Under the pieces are notes generated by a model. It made no database searches and was not told the origin of the DNA. It worked only from the letters and a program-made list of their open reading frames with translations. The position numbers and the translations under genes are program-made. From Thermococcus sp. JdFR-02 (GTDB taxonomy: Archaea > Methanobacteriota_B > Thermococci > Thermococcales > Thermococcaceae), in NCBI GenBank assembly GCA_002009975.1, contig MTLP01000001.1, positions 1 to 45,442 of the forward strand: a DNA stretch of 45,442 nt, given 5' to 3'. How positions within the stretch are numbered: the stretch's first letter is position 1; every line of letters starts with the position of its first letter. This document shows positions 11,411 through 21,757 of this stretch, in pieces.

Positions 11411-13506
11411 TATTCTTCCCTCCACACTCTGAGAGTTATTGTTATAGGTTCAAAAAGCTTGGGTATATTTCCCATGTTGGCAAAGCTCATTTGTATTCCA
11501 GAAGTTAGATTAACGTCAATTGGATTTGTTAAAGAACCATCGTAAGGTATTGATGTCCATTCATTTGGATTGACATCATTTTCATAGTTCAATCTGTTAA
11601 ACAGCCTTAGAATTGCATCATCAACAGCATAAGTTGTCGGAGCTAATGAATCAACTGTTATGTTGCTATAGGGAGACTCTCCAACTAATATCTGTCTCTC
11701 ATAAGTATTTTCTCCATCACTGTACCAATAAGTTAGGTTATATCCTTTATAGATTGGATAACCCTGAAGAAGCTTTGGAAAAACATCCCCGTAACCTACA
11801 TATCCCTGAATGAAGTATTTAATGATTCCCCTTGTGTCGCCATTTCTAACATATGAACCTCCACCCACCATCTTTATTTCAAAGTTGTTTGTCTGTCCTG
11901 GAACCATCATCCAATCGTAAAGCTTAGTATATGCTACTCTAATAGCGTACCTTCCAAGGGGACCGCTGTAAAACTTTTGGTTGTTCTCCCAAAGCTCTTG
12001 GGTTGTAGAACCACTAAATGTGTAACCTACCCAGAAGTCAGCATACCAAGGAGTGCTGTTTTGTGGAAGATCATATGTTACCTGCAAGCCTCTCCCATTA
12101 TATGTTACTCTGCTATCTCCATAGGGGAAATAGATTGAAAGGGGAATGCTGTACTGGGTTGTAACGGTTTTTGAAACATAGTTGATTCTAAGATATGAAT
12201 CGGGGTAGCCATATAACATTCTCTGCCTGTTAGCAGCATCATTATAGGTGTCACCTTCATAATACCAATAACCGCCAGAATAATATGCATCAAAGCCTAC
12301 AACAAAATCAAAAACCATCTTACTCAAATCATCATAAGAAACACCCAGATTATTCAGTGCTGTCCTTATTTCACTATCCGTGAATTCAACAATAGCATCT
12401 CCATTGGTGTTTCCATTCTTTGTGTACAATAACGTTAAGTCTCCTCCAAATCCATAATAGAGTCTCACTTTACCAACATTCCTAACCTTAAATCTCATGC
12501 TTATGGATGTTATATTCCCAGGCACAAAATTTTCAAATAAATACATAAAACCTGTTCTTTTTGATATGACGTCATAAACCTTAATAATGTCAAGATCTTC
12601 CACGCTCAAAGAACTTGTTTCATACTTTATGTATAATGTTGTACCACTTGCCGAGCCTATTTCGCTTCCCCAAAGAATTCCTCCATATGAAAATACCAGC
12701 TTTATATTGTTCTCTCCACCTGAGAGATACGATGCCAAGTCGTCTCTATTTATTTCACCATATTCCCAGTCAACAAATTTGCCGTTTATGTATAAAGTAA
12801 TCCTTTCCCCTTGTCTGCTAACAAATTTCCCATCTGCACTTAATATGTTAGCATCGCTTGGCAAGGTTATATTCCTGCTAATCGTAAGTTCATTTATTCC
12901 ATTATCAGACCCTGCTGAAACCCTCATCCATCCATAGAGCTCTTTTCTGATAGTTTCAACTTTTGTTAAGTAAGCTCTCGCCATATACCCCCTTGGTGTT
13001 TGATTGTACGCATAGCCGCTCAAAACTAAAGTTGCTGGAGAAACATCTTTAGCTTTCGAATAATCACTTCCGACTTTCCTCAAATATGGACTCGTATAAT
13101 TATTTATCAAAAGCTCATAGTTGTAATCCTTTAACGTTCTGTTCAATACATATCCCAAAATTACCTCTGCTTTATGGGTTAAATTCTTAGAAGGATATAG
13201 AGGATCGGTAGCCCAATAGGTCGCAACAATCTCTAATGGGGACATGTCCTCATTTACCAGCTCAGAAAGTAATAATGGGTCACTTCCACTCTTCCATTCC
13301 TCAATTCTCTCCTGAGGAACTAAATCTCTTAAGCTAACAGTTCTTAATGTAGTTAATGTATCCTCGGCTACATATTTATCTTGCTCTCTAAGATAAGTTG
13401 AATAAACCTCTGTGTTGCTCTCTATTATAACGATGCTCGTAACAAATATGCTTACCAAAAGCAGGGAAAGTAATGCGTCTAATGTGAAAACATATCCCCT
13501 TCTCAT
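11410..13506 (-). CDS. Large class III signal-peptide protein (minor pilin/adhesin)
   Basis: MRRG|YVFTLD + hydrophobic helix; C-terminal ITLRVW strand. Confidence 0.8.
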   Translation of the reverse strand: MRRGYVFTLDALLSLLLVSIFVTSIVIIESNTEVYSTYLREQDKYVAEDTLTTLRTVSLRDLVPQERIEEWKSGSDPLLLSELVNEDMSPLEIVATYWATDPLYPSKNLTHKAEVILGYVLNRTLKDYNYELLINNYTSPYLRKVGSDYSKAKDVSPATLVLSGYAYNQTPRGYMARAYLTKVETIRKELYGWMRVSAGSDNGINELTISRNITLPSDANILSADGKFVSRQGERITLYINGKFVDWEYGEINRDDLASYLSGGENNIKLVFSYGGILWGSEIGSASGTTLYIKYETSSLSVEDLDIIKVYDVISKRTGFMYLFENFVPGNITSISMRFKVRNVGKVRLYYGFGGDLTLLYTKNGNTNGDAIVEFTDSEIRTALNNLGVSYDDLSKMVFDFVVGFDAYYSGGYWYYEGDTYNDAANRQRMLYGYPDSYLRINYVSKTVTTQYSIPLSIYFPYGDSRVTYNGRGLQVTYDLPQNSTPWYADFWVGYTFSGSTTQELWENNQKFYSGPLGRYAIRVAYTKLYDWMMVPGQTNNFEIKMVGGGSYVRNGDTRGIIKYFIQGYVGYGDVFPKLLQGYPIYKGYNLTYWYSDGENTYERQILVGESPYSNITVDSLAPTTYAVDDAILRLFNRLNYENDVNPNEWTSIPYDGSLTNPIDVNLTSGIQMSFANMGNIPKLFEPITITLRVWREE

Positions 13507-14903
13507 CTGTCATCCCATACCCAAAGCTTTACTTTAATCGGCTCAAACTTTGGTTCTAAGAGCAATCCAATGTTGTTTAAGTCTGTTAAAGTAACGCTGC
13601 TAAAGAATGTTTCATAAAGCCAGATTTCTACAATCTTTGCACCGTTTTCTGAATCGAATTGTCCAAAGATGTCACTCCATGGAATTCTTACAGTTGTTGT
13701 ATTTCCCCTATAAACTTTCGTGATGTTTTGATTCCCCGTTTTCCAGTGTAAAATACCCACAACATTTGAAGATGCATTGCTCTTGTATACTAAAAGCCCT
13801 TTTACCAAGCTTCCATCCAAAATCACAAATGTTACGTTTCCACTCTCATCACTTGGCACGTCTATTTTTAAGTATGAGTAACTCGGGACATTTTGCTTTA
13901 ATTTCCCAGCCATTAATTCTTTAGTCGAGCTTTGATTAATGTGTACAGTTTGGTTATAAATTAGTTTAGCAACAACAAAGCTCCTTTCTTGGTATTCGAT
14001 CCAAGGAGAACGATCTTTTGAAGCCTCTATTATTGCACTATTTTCCACAAGCGTTCCATTTATCATCACAATGCTGAAAGTTGCATTTGTAAGGTCGATT
14101 GGATATGTGAAGTTTTGGGAGAGTGTGAGGGTTCCCTGGGTGTAGCCGCTGGCTATTATGGCAACTTGTCCCTTTCCACTAACGTGGAGTTCTCCATTAT
14201 CATATGTAGCCTGCAAATTTGAAGTCCTTCCAGTAACGTAAACTTCTATATAGGAATATGCATCAATTTGATATTTCTCTTCGATCGTTCCTTTTTTTGC
14301 ATATATCCATATGTCCTGCAGTGCTTTAAAGGCCAATACACTGCCCACCTCTAAATCATAGGGTTGAGGTCTCTCAAGCAGAGGTTCTCCATTTAAAGTT
14401 ACATTAGTTGCGCTGAATGCTTCATTTCCAACCTGGTCCCCAGCTATGAAAATATTAACTTGATTTTCCCCATCTCCAAGGGTAATGTAGATATCCGTGG
14501 GAAAACTTCCGCTGATATTGATATCTTTCTTTAGCAGATAGAACTCCAATTGAAAGTCTTTCCAATAACTTAGGTTGAAGAGACTGTTTTTAATCCTGGG
14601 AGAATCTTTGGAGGAGTTTAGGGTTAAGAGCTTATCATAATCCAGAGCATTTGAATACTCAGAACTTCTTAGTCCCAAAACCTTCAACCCTTCGATATCA
14701 TCTTCCCAGTTTTCAGGATAACCTGGGCTTTTGGTCAATACATCAAGCATATTATTCGCAATGTTTGCCCTATCATACCATTCAATTAGATTTAGAATGT
14801 CAGCTTTGATAATGTCTCCCGTATTTAATATTATCCCAATAATCATGATGATTAGGATCAACGAAAGTAGGGCATCTACGGATAAGATTTGAGCCCTCCT
14901 CAT
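13503..14903 (-). CDS. Class III signal-peptide protein (minor pilin-like)
   Basis: MRRA|QILSVD + hydrophobic helix; SPGYPENW motif; C-terminal VKLWVW. Confidence 0.8.
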   Translation of the reverse strand: MRRAQILSVDALLSLILIIMIIGIILNTGDIIKADILNLIEWYDRANIANNMLDVLTKSPGYPENWEDDIEGLKVLGLRSSEYSNALDYDKLLTLNSSKDSPRIKNSLFNLSYWKDFQLEFYLLKKDINISGSFPTDIYITLGDGENQVNIFIAGDQVGNEAFSATNVTLNGEPLLERPQPYDLEVGSVLAFKALQDIWIYAKKGTIEEKYQIDAYSYIEVYVTGRTSNLQATYDNGELHVSGKGQVAIIASGYTQGTLTLSQNFTYPIDLTNATFSIVMINGTLVENSAIIEASKDRSPWIEYQERSFVVAKLIYNQTVHINQSSTKELMAGKLKQNVPSYSYLKIDVPSDESGNVTFVILDGSLVKGLLVYKSNASSNVVGILHWKTGNQNITKVYRGNTTTVRIPWSDIFGQFDSENGAKIVEIWLYETFFSSVTLTDLNNIGLLLEPKFEPIKVKLWVWDDR

Positions 14904-15373
14904 CTCTCAACCCTCACGTTTATTCTCACTATTGTATCGTCATAGAAGAGGGTTCCATTAATTTTAACAAAGTTCATTTTTGTTATAAGCTCTTCTTCAA
15001 TAAAAGTTTCTATGCTCTCTGCAAGCGTTTCATTGTTTATACTTGAATAGGGTGTTGATATCAAGATAGAGATGTTTAATTCATTATCATTTTGCACAAG
15101 ATTAAGCCTAACAACTCTTAAACGCGGATTTTGGCCATCTAAAGACATCAATATGCTGTTCAAAGTTGAATAGGGATATTTGTCTGAAAAGACACCAGTA
15201 TTTAAATAATCGCAGGCATGAGAAGCGGAAGCTCTAACATAGCTAACTACCGAAATAATCTTATTTTCTTCAAAATAGCTTGGGGTAAGTAATGCCACTA
15301 CCATTAGTATCAGGATAAATATGAATAGCATTTCTATAGCGCTCTGGGCTTTTTTACCCTTCAACTTTAACAT
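14900..15373 (-). CDS. Type IV pilin-like protein
   Basis: KKA|QSAIE + hydrophobic helix. Confidence 0.82.
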   Translation of the reverse strand: MLKLKGKKAQSAIEMLFIFILILMVVALLTPSYFEENKIISVVSYVRASASHACDYLNTGVFSDKYPYSTLNSILMSLDGQNPRLRVVRLNLVQNDNELNISILISTPYSSINNETLAESIETFIEEELITKMNFVKINGTLFYDDTIVRINVRVER

Positions 15374-15782
15374 AAAGCATCCCTTCATTCTCATCATAAT
15401 AAGCTACGAGCCAAAACTCCTCTTCACTGCTTAAGGTTACATTGGAAGTATATAATGGGACGGTTGAATTCCTTACAATCCAAAAGCTCCTGCCATTTAC
15501 ACTCGCATTTACGGTGATTGTATTTTCTGTTCCATTGAATATTACCCTAATACTACCCCCATCCAAATTTGGAGCAATCTCTTTTATCTTATACCCTCTA
15601 CCAGTCGCATAAACCTTGCTCACATGATCAGAAAGCGATATTGAAAATATCTTAACATTAGTTAATACATCAAGTTCTTCAGAATGGGAAATTTCAGTAG
15701 TAGCTAAGTAGGTGAGGTTTGTAATAGTCACGATTATCATCAACACAGCAAACATCAAATCTATGCTAAGCTGTCCCCTCAT
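15354..15782 (-). CDS. Type IV pilin-like protein
   Basis: MRG|QLSID + hydrophobic helix. Confidence 0.82.
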   Translation of the reverse strand: MRGQLSIDLMFAVLMIIVTITNLTYLATTEISHSEELDVLTNVKIFSISLSDHVSKVYATGRGYKIKEIAPNLDGGSIRVIFNGTENTITVNASVNGRSFWIVRNSTVPLYTSNVTLSSEEEFWLVAYYDENEGMLYVKVEG

Positions 15783-15784
15783 AT

Positions 15785-16405
15785 CTACCCACCAGGGTTA
15801 ATGTTTATCCTTAACTCGCTAGAAGTTATATTAAACGTCCACATTTCATTCCTATCTGGATTCCATTCAACTACTATCTTTACTTTGTTAGGAAGTTGAG
15901 TTGCATTCAAAACTATTCCATAATAGGTATTGCTTCCTGAAGTTACACTTCCGCTTGGATCATAAGCTGTTGGATCATTCAAGGTTTTTGCATATAATGA
16001 GAGTGCCCTAAAGACATTTTTCTTAATGGTACCATTATCCGCGAAATACAACTTACGGGTTGTGCTGTCCACTATTGCTACGTAAGTGTAATTTGACTGG
16101 TAACTTATGAAAATTTGAGGAGTTCCTGTCATGTTGAAAGCTTTTTTTAGTGAATCACTATTTCTTAAGTATCTCAATGTGACATAGGTTGTTGCTTTAG
16201 AACCTGAGCCTTGAGCATAAACTTGAGAGATTGTGTTGGAAATAGAGTTTGCAAAGCTTCTAGCCTCTAAACTAGCATCCACCCTCAAAAGTTCAACAGC
16301 TTGAGATTCTTGGGTGAATGTTACGTTGCTGAGAGAATAAGCTAACATCATGAGTATTATGCTGAATATGAACATAAATTCCAGGGAAATTTGACCTTTT
16401 TTCAT
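15785..16405 (-). CDS. Type IV pilin (DUF361-type class III signal)
   Basis: MKKG|QISLEF canonical QxSxE motif. Confidence 0.88.
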   Translation of the reverse strand: MKKGQISLEFMFIFSIILMMLAYSLSNVTFTQESQAVELLRVDASLEARSFANSISNTISQVYAQGSGSKATTYVTLRYLRNSDSLKKAFNMTGTPQIFISYQSNYTYVAIVDSTTRKLYFADNGTIKKNVFRALSLYAKTLNDPTAYDPSGSVTSGSNTYYGIVLNATQLPNKVKIVVEWNPDRNEMWTFNITSSELRININPGG

Positions 16406-16455
16406 AATCCTCACTTCTCAGAATACTATACGGTCAAAAAAGTATTTAATAATTG

Positions 16456-17076
16456 TTATTCACTATTGCTGGTATCTTTCTCATTTTTGACTATTGCAAA
16501 AGTCGTCATGCCAACTCTTCTTATCAAGACTCCAAAATATCCATGGGTGAAGATTTTAAATTTGTACTTATTGCTATCGAGAGAGTGCGTTTTTATCAAT
16601 TGCCTCAGCTCATCTATGAAAAACTGGGTCAATTGGTAGTATCCAAAATCTAGAACTTCCCTCTTGTACCTCTGCAAAAACAAGATCAAAGGTAAAATAC
16701 TAATGCCTAAAATAAACAGAGGTTCATTTAGTAGAACTGAAGCTCCAATGCTTGAAATAAACAGAATTAGTATAAGCAAAATCCCAACATTGACGTAATT
16801 CTTGGTTTTCTTTATGTAACGAACTTTTTTCTCCCATATGTTCAGCAGCGCTGGATTATAGAAATCAAATGCCGTATGCCTCTTTCCTTTTTGAATCCTC
16901 TTTTTAATCAAATCATCCCAATCATCTTCATAATAAATAATCTCTCCCCTGTTTTTTGCTCTCTCAGCATCAAGAGATGAAATTATCCTTATTATATCTT
17001 CAGCACTTTCGTGGGCTATATGCGAATACACCTCTTTTTCATCAAGGTCTAAAGCAACATCTATTGAGTCCTTCAT
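16456..17076 (-). CDS. Hypothetical membrane protein
   Basis: Two adjacent TM segments; ATGA-type overlap with upstream tubulin-family gene. Confidence 0.75.
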   Translation of the reverse strand: MKDSIDVALDLDEKEVYSHIAHESAEDIIRIISSLDAERAKNRGEIIYYEDDWDDLIKKRIQKGKRHTAFDFYNPALLNIWEKKVRYIKKTKNYVNVGILLILILFISSIGASVLLNEPLFILGISILPLILFLQRYKREVLDFGYYQLTQFFIDELRQLIKTHSLDSNKYKFKIFTHGYFGVLIRRVGMTTFAIVKNEKDTSNSE

Positions 17077-18164
17077 TTAACCCCACCTGCATAAATATCA
17101 TCAAAATCTGGCAATCCGGACAAAAGCTCTGTCTTTTTCGTTTTAGCCTCTTTTTTGGCTTCAATAAAAGATTGGGCATATTTCTTAGCAGTTATCACTA
17201 TATCCTCAATGCTTTTGCTCTCATATATTCCGCTTAATAAAGTCACAACCTCTATTTCCTTCTCCCTCGGATCTGGATAAAAGCCTCTAAAGATCTGTCT
17301 TCCCTTAATTTTGTTTGTTAAGTAGCTTAAAGCATCAAATATCTCATCAGCCCTTAACACATATGGAGGACCGTGTACAGCAACTAAAGCATATAACGCT
17401 GACTCTATGCTCGCATCTAAGTAAAGCCCTTCGTTTTCAAAGGATTTTAGAATCAATCTTGAGAGGTTTTTAACACGAGAAGGTTCTTCCTTTGCATAAC
17501 CAATTGTTGCAAAGCTTCCAAATGCCTTTAGAACAAACTTCAAATCACTCGCATCTAAAGTCTGCTCCCCAGGGACATCGACTAAGCTCAAAAGAGAAGC
17601 TATCCTCTCCACTATCGTGTAGTTTATCTTCTCATAAGCTTTGCTTATATCGTAAGCACTTTCTTTAAGCTTGTTGTTGTCAATTGCTATAATAGAGTCT
17701 GCAATTTTTGAAAGCTTATCTATTGTAATTGCAGCGTTTATCGTAGGTCTTATACCCTCCTCTCTTAGTGGCAGCGCTCCAATAGCAACCACTAAAGAGT
17801 CTGGATATTCACTTTTTAGGGCTTTGGCTAACACAGGGGTTCCTCCAGCACCAGTACCTCCACCAAATCCGAAGGTTAGGAAAAATATATCCACGTCTTC
17901 ATAACCAACTATGGAATCTATTTCCATCATAACTACGTTTAAGTCTCTCCTCATAGCATCTCTTCCTAACACAGGATTTCCATTTACTCCCTTTCCTCCA
18001 ACTATGCTCTCACCAATCAAGATTCTACGCTCATGAGGGATGTGCTTTAAATACTCTAAATCACTCTTTGAAGTGTTTATAGCAATAGCTTCAAAGTCCA
18101 CGAGGGAGAATATGTCTGCAATTTTAGTTCCGCATTGACCGATTCCTATTATTAAAGCCCTCAT
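17073..18164 (-). CDS. Tubulin/FtsZ-superfamily GTPase, CetZ-like
   Basis: GIGQCG, AINT, GGGTGAG signature, DN, T7-like EQTLDASD; lacks FtsZ N-terminal extension. Confidence 0.9.
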   Translation of the reverse strand: MRALIIGIGQCGTKIADIFSLVDFEAIAINTSKSDLEYLKHIPHERRILIGESIVGGKGVNGNPVLGRDAMRRDLNVVMMEIDSIVGYEDVDIFFLTFGFGGGTGAGGTPVLAKALKSEYPDSLVVAIGALPLREEGIRPTINAAITIDKLSKIADSIIAIDNNKLKESAYDISKAYEKINYTIVERIASLLSLVDVPGEQTLDASDLKFVLKAFGSFATIGYAKEEPSRVKNLSRLILKSFENEGLYLDASIESALYALVAVHGPPYVLRADEIFDALSYLTNKIKGRQIFRGFYPDPREKEIEVVTLLSGIYESKSIEDIVITAKKYAQSFIEAKKEAKTKKTELLSGLPDFDDIYAGGVK

Positions 18165-18168
18165 TTCA

Positions 18169-20421
18169 TCACCTCACAAACTCCACACTCAAATCGCTCA
18201 GATCAACAACACCATTCGAGTTCTTATCCTCGTAAGATACTACCAAAGCTCTTCCTTTGAGATACTTGATTAGACCAGACTCAAAGATCTCAACTACAAC
18301 ATTATCCAACCCTTTTTCATAGAACACAAACAGCACATATCCCATCTCGGTCTTTCCTGGAGCCAAGATCACAGTGTTTGAAACATCGTAGGTTTTGTTC
18401 TCCAGGTTTATAGTTCCATTTTTAACCTCTAACTTTACATATGGGTTATATTCCTCCAAGTTCAGGCTAAAGTCCGTCAATATTATATAATTCAAGTCCC
18501 CAATTTCCTCGAACTTCTCAACGCTGACGTTTGCCTCAAAGAACTTCTCTATTGAATCTTTCACCTTTATTGCGGTATCTTCTCTATCATCGATATAGAG
18601 CACGGCAAATTTTTCATCCCTTATTCTTCTCACAACATCGTAAAGGTTCGTCTTTGGTATGAACTTGAATTGAGAGAGATACATGGTAGCTAAGGCTAAG
18701 TCGATTACCGTTTTACCCCACACGCCATCATGCTCTTTTTCCATAACCCATTCCAAGGTTTCTTGTTTGTAATCATAGCCAAATTTAGCCAAAACCTCTG
18801 TAGCCCTGATAGTCAGCTCAACAGTAGGCTCTTCCTTGTATTGGAAAACTCCAAATAGATAATGCTCTTTCATGTTAGCCCATCCACCATCGGTTCTTTG
18901 CTCGATAAGCCACTCTAAATGTGATTGAAGTTCTTCCTTTGTTGAAATGTTTTGAAGGGCTTCAAGAACCTCCAAAGTTACTGAAACTTCTGAAGGTAGC
19001 ATGTAGGAATAGCTTTTTGTTTCAATATACGTTCCCCATCCCTCACTGGAAATTGAGAGTAGCCATGATTTTGCTTCTTCAATATCTGGATCATCTGATG
19101 AAACTCCCAATGCCATCAAAGCTTTCACAGCAAGTGCAGTATCAAAGGGCTGAGGACCTAAAAAGTTGCCCCATTTACCATTGCTAAGCTTTATGCTCTT
19201 TATTAATTCTATATGCTCCTTCTTTTCCTCTTCACTCAACATATCAAACTCTGAGAGCGTCAATAAAGCGTATATGTATGGCGAATAAATTTCTCTCTCT
19301 TCTTTAACCATCAATGTTAATGTGGGAAGTCTTTCTTTCATCCAGTTAAGCCCATTCTCTATGCTCACATCTCTAAAGTAGCACAGCCTTAAAGCTTTTA
19401 GTGCATAATAGGTTGTTTTTTCGTTTGAGGGGAATCCCCTAATATAGCTCCATCCACCATCAGGATTTTGGGCTTCTTTTAAAGCACCGCAGGATTCCTT
19501 GAAGGGATTTTCTAAGCCAGAGCTTAATTTATCACTAACCAGTGAAAAGCTCAAAGTTGCATAGGCAGAGGCTTTGACGATTTCACTTGATTTGAACAAT
19601 CCGCTCTCATCCTTCCAGTAAAACATCTCTTCTCCTTCTTTTAAATCCTCAAGCAAAATCAATGCCTTTGCAACATCAAAGTTTACATCCTCATAACTCA
19701 CAAGAACAAAGGTCAAAAATGCTCTCTCAGATGTTGGGATACCCTTTTCAGAGAAGAGATACTCCTTTACGAGACCTACCATAAAATCATAATCATAGGG
19801 ATAACCAACGCTTTTGTACGCCAAGATTCTTAATCCAAGGGCAGTGTAGTTGCTAATTCCACCGATGTCTGCATTTTTCAAGTAAATTATGGCATTTTTG
19901 ATAATCGGATTCCTCCATATATAACCATTCTCTCCTAAAGCCCACACCGCAAGTACAGTTGGATAAAACTCAGTGCTGGTATCTTTTACGTAGCCCCAAG
20001 CTTCTCCATTATAGGCTTCCAAAAGGAAATCAATCCCATGATCAAGAGAATGCGAAACTTTAGAATACATCAGAGAGCCTTTTTCATAGACGTTTAATGC
20101 TCTTTTAAGGGCAATGAGAGCGTAGGAAGTGTCAACGACATTACTCGCACTTCCATTTGTATAACCCCATCCACCATCATCGTTTTGATATTCCAATAAA
20201 GTGTTCATGAAATAGTCAATATCTCCTGAGATATTGCCCTCAACTTTTTCCTTTGCATCTATTAAAGCCAACAGAGATAGGCTTAAATCCTGAGTGCGGA
20301 CTATAAGCGTTTCAGCCTCGGATAAAAACTCAACTGATCCATCTAACAAAGGCTTAGCACTCACAGGTACGTAAGAAATAACCATGATTACAACCAGTAT
20401 TAATGAAAGCACGCGCTTCAT
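18169..20421 (-). CDS. Secreted prenyltransferase/squalene-cyclase-like repeat (alpha-alpha toroid) protein
   Basis: Signal peptide; repeated QNxDGGW / T..A..AL motifs; C-terminal DKNSNGVVD Ca-binding-like loop. Confidence 0.82.
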   Translation of the reverse strand: MKRVLSLILVVIMVISYVPVSAKPLLDGSVEFLSEAETLIVRTQDLSLSLLALIDAKEKVEGNISGDIDYFMNTLLEYQNDDGGWGYTNGSASNVVDTSYALIALKRALNVYEKGSLMYSKVSHSLDHGIDFLLEAYNGEAWGYVKDTSTEFYPTVLAVWALGENGYIWRNPIIKNAIIYLKNADIGGISNYTALGLRILAYKSVGYPYDYDFMVGLVKEYLFSEKGIPTSERAFLTFVLVSYEDVNFDVAKALILLEDLKEGEEMFYWKDESGLFKSSEIVKASAYATLSFSLVSDKLSSGLENPFKESCGALKEAQNPDGGWSYIRGFPSNEKTTYYALKALRLCYFRDVSIENGLNWMKERLPTLTLMVKEEREIYSPYIYALLTLSEFDMLSEEEKKEHIELIKSIKLSNGKWGNFLGPQPFDTALAVKALMALGVSSDDPDIEEAKSWLLSISSEGWGTYIETKSYSYMLPSEVSVTLEVLEALQNISTKEELQSHLEWLIEQRTDGGWANMKEHYLFGVFQYKEEPTVELTIRATEVLAKFGYDYKQETLEWVMEKEHDGVWGKTVIDLALATMYLSQFKFIPKTNLYDVVRRIRDEKFAVLYIDDREDTAIKVKDSIEKFFEANVSVEKFEEIGDLNYIILTDFSLNLEEYNPYVKLEVKNGTINLENKTYDVSNTVILAPGKTEMGYVLFVFYEKGLDNVVVEIFESGLIKYLKGRALVVSYEDKNSNGVVDLSDLSVEFVR

Positions 20422-20500
20422 TTTGATACCCTCTTACATAAAATGCTTTCCAAAAATAAATAAGCTTTTCCAATAGCTTAGGCATGAGAAAAATAAAAGC

Positions 20501-21478
20501 TTAGTGTTTAATGAATCTGTCCCTTTTATCTAAGTCATTCCTCATTAGCATAACGACTCTGCTTGGAGCGTATTCATCCTCTATATGATACTCTGGGAGA
20601 TATTTTGCCAACTGCTCAGCAAATTCTCTAATATCCTCATGACTTGGCATGTTATTTATCGTTAGTCTATTCCTTGAAAAGCCCACGAACATGTAAGCCT
20701 TTGCCTCAACAAACATCGGCATCGCTTTTTTAATCAATTCGGCATATTTTTCTGGACTGTGCATGTTTTCACCCTTAACGAGGGTTAACCTAATAACAGT
20801 CCTCGTTGGCAAATCCCTCATTAATTCCAATGTTCTCATTATTCTCTCCCATCCATCGGGTATCATCGGAATGTTGACTTTGTTATAGGTTTCAATATCT
20901 GGTGCTGTAAGTGAAACGTAGAATTGAGTAGGGAGCTTATCTTCTCTTATCATCTCTTCTAAGCGCTCTGGAGCTGTTCCATTCGTAACTATGAAAGTTG
21001 TAAATCCTCTCTTGTGAAACTCTTCTACCAAGTCGCCTATTTTTGGATATATCATGGGCTCTCCAGATAAGCTTATGGCAGCATGCTTAGGTTCTTGAGC
21101 TTCTTCAAGCTTTTTAACATTTATTTGGTCTTTTATCCCCCAGTAGCCGCTTAGAAGCTTTCTTTGAGCTTTAATGCTCTCTTCCACTATTAATGCTGGG
21201 TCATCTAAAGGTTCGGGGACTTCAGTCCCTAAGAAACCTTCCATTGGGCGCCAGCAGAAGATACAATTGTGAGTGCACCAAGCTACAACTGGAGTCATTT
21301 GCAAGCAGCGATGAGAGTGAATTCCATAAAATATCTGCTTGTAGCAAACCCTATCATGCTTTATACTCTCCTTTAACCAATGACAAAGCTTTACACCACT
21401 ATGATTTCCCACAAGAGCGTAATGTTGCTTTTTAAATAGAGCTTCAATTTCAGGGGGCATCGGTCTCACATTAACCAT
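20501..21478 (-). CDS. taw1: 4-demethylwyosine synthase (radical SAM)
   Basis: HSGVKLCHW, CYK..FYGI.SHRC, CTHNCIFCWR, SLSGEP. Confidence 0.96.
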   Translation of the reverse strand: MVNVRPMPPEIEALFKKQHYALVGNHSGVKLCHWLKESIKHDRVCYKQIFYGIHSHRCLQMTPVVAWCTHNCIFCWRPMEGFLGTEVPEPLDDPALIVEESIKAQRKLLSGYWGIKDQINVKKLEEAQEPKHAAISLSGEPMIYPKIGDLVEEFHKRGFTTFIVTNGTAPERLEEMIREDKLPTQFYVSLTAPDIETYNKVNIPMIPDGWERIMRTLELMRDLPTRTVIRLTLVKGENMHSPEKYAELIKKAMPMFVEAKAYMFVGFSRNRLTINNMPSHEDIREFAEQLAKYLPEYHIEDEYAPSRVVMLMRNDLDKRDRFIKH

Positions 21479-21613
21479 TTAGGCTCACCTAAAGCAAAGT
21501 ATTTCAATTGACTTAAAAATCTTTGGAAACCATTTTTGTTTACCTTATGTTATTTCATCGTCGTAAAATAATTCGACAAAAAACTTAAATACCTAAAGGG
21601 ATTATGCACTTTC

Positions 21614-21757
21614 ATGTTCAGCGAGATAAAGCCTGTGTTAATAATCAAAACTAAAGAAAGGGAATTTGAGGTAGACTTTTTTGAAGAGGGAGAAGAGGTT
21701 GAAAAGAGACCTAAGGTTAAGTTTGTCCAAGAGATTAGACGCTTTTATTTAGCTTAG
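21614..21757 (+). CDS. Putative leaderless 47-aa small protein
   Basis: MFSEIKPVLIIKTKEREFEVDFFEEGEEVEKRPKVKFVQEIRRFYLA; BRE/TATA-like AAAAACTTAAATA about 25 nt upstream of ATG. Confidence 0.55.
   Translation: MFSEIKPVLIIKTKEREFEVDFFEEGEEVEKRPKVKFVQEIRRFYLA

Noticed and set aside
18169-20421. Active squalene-hopene cyclase
   Set aside because: No DxDD catalytic motif seen and the protein has a signal peptide; only the repeat fold is supported
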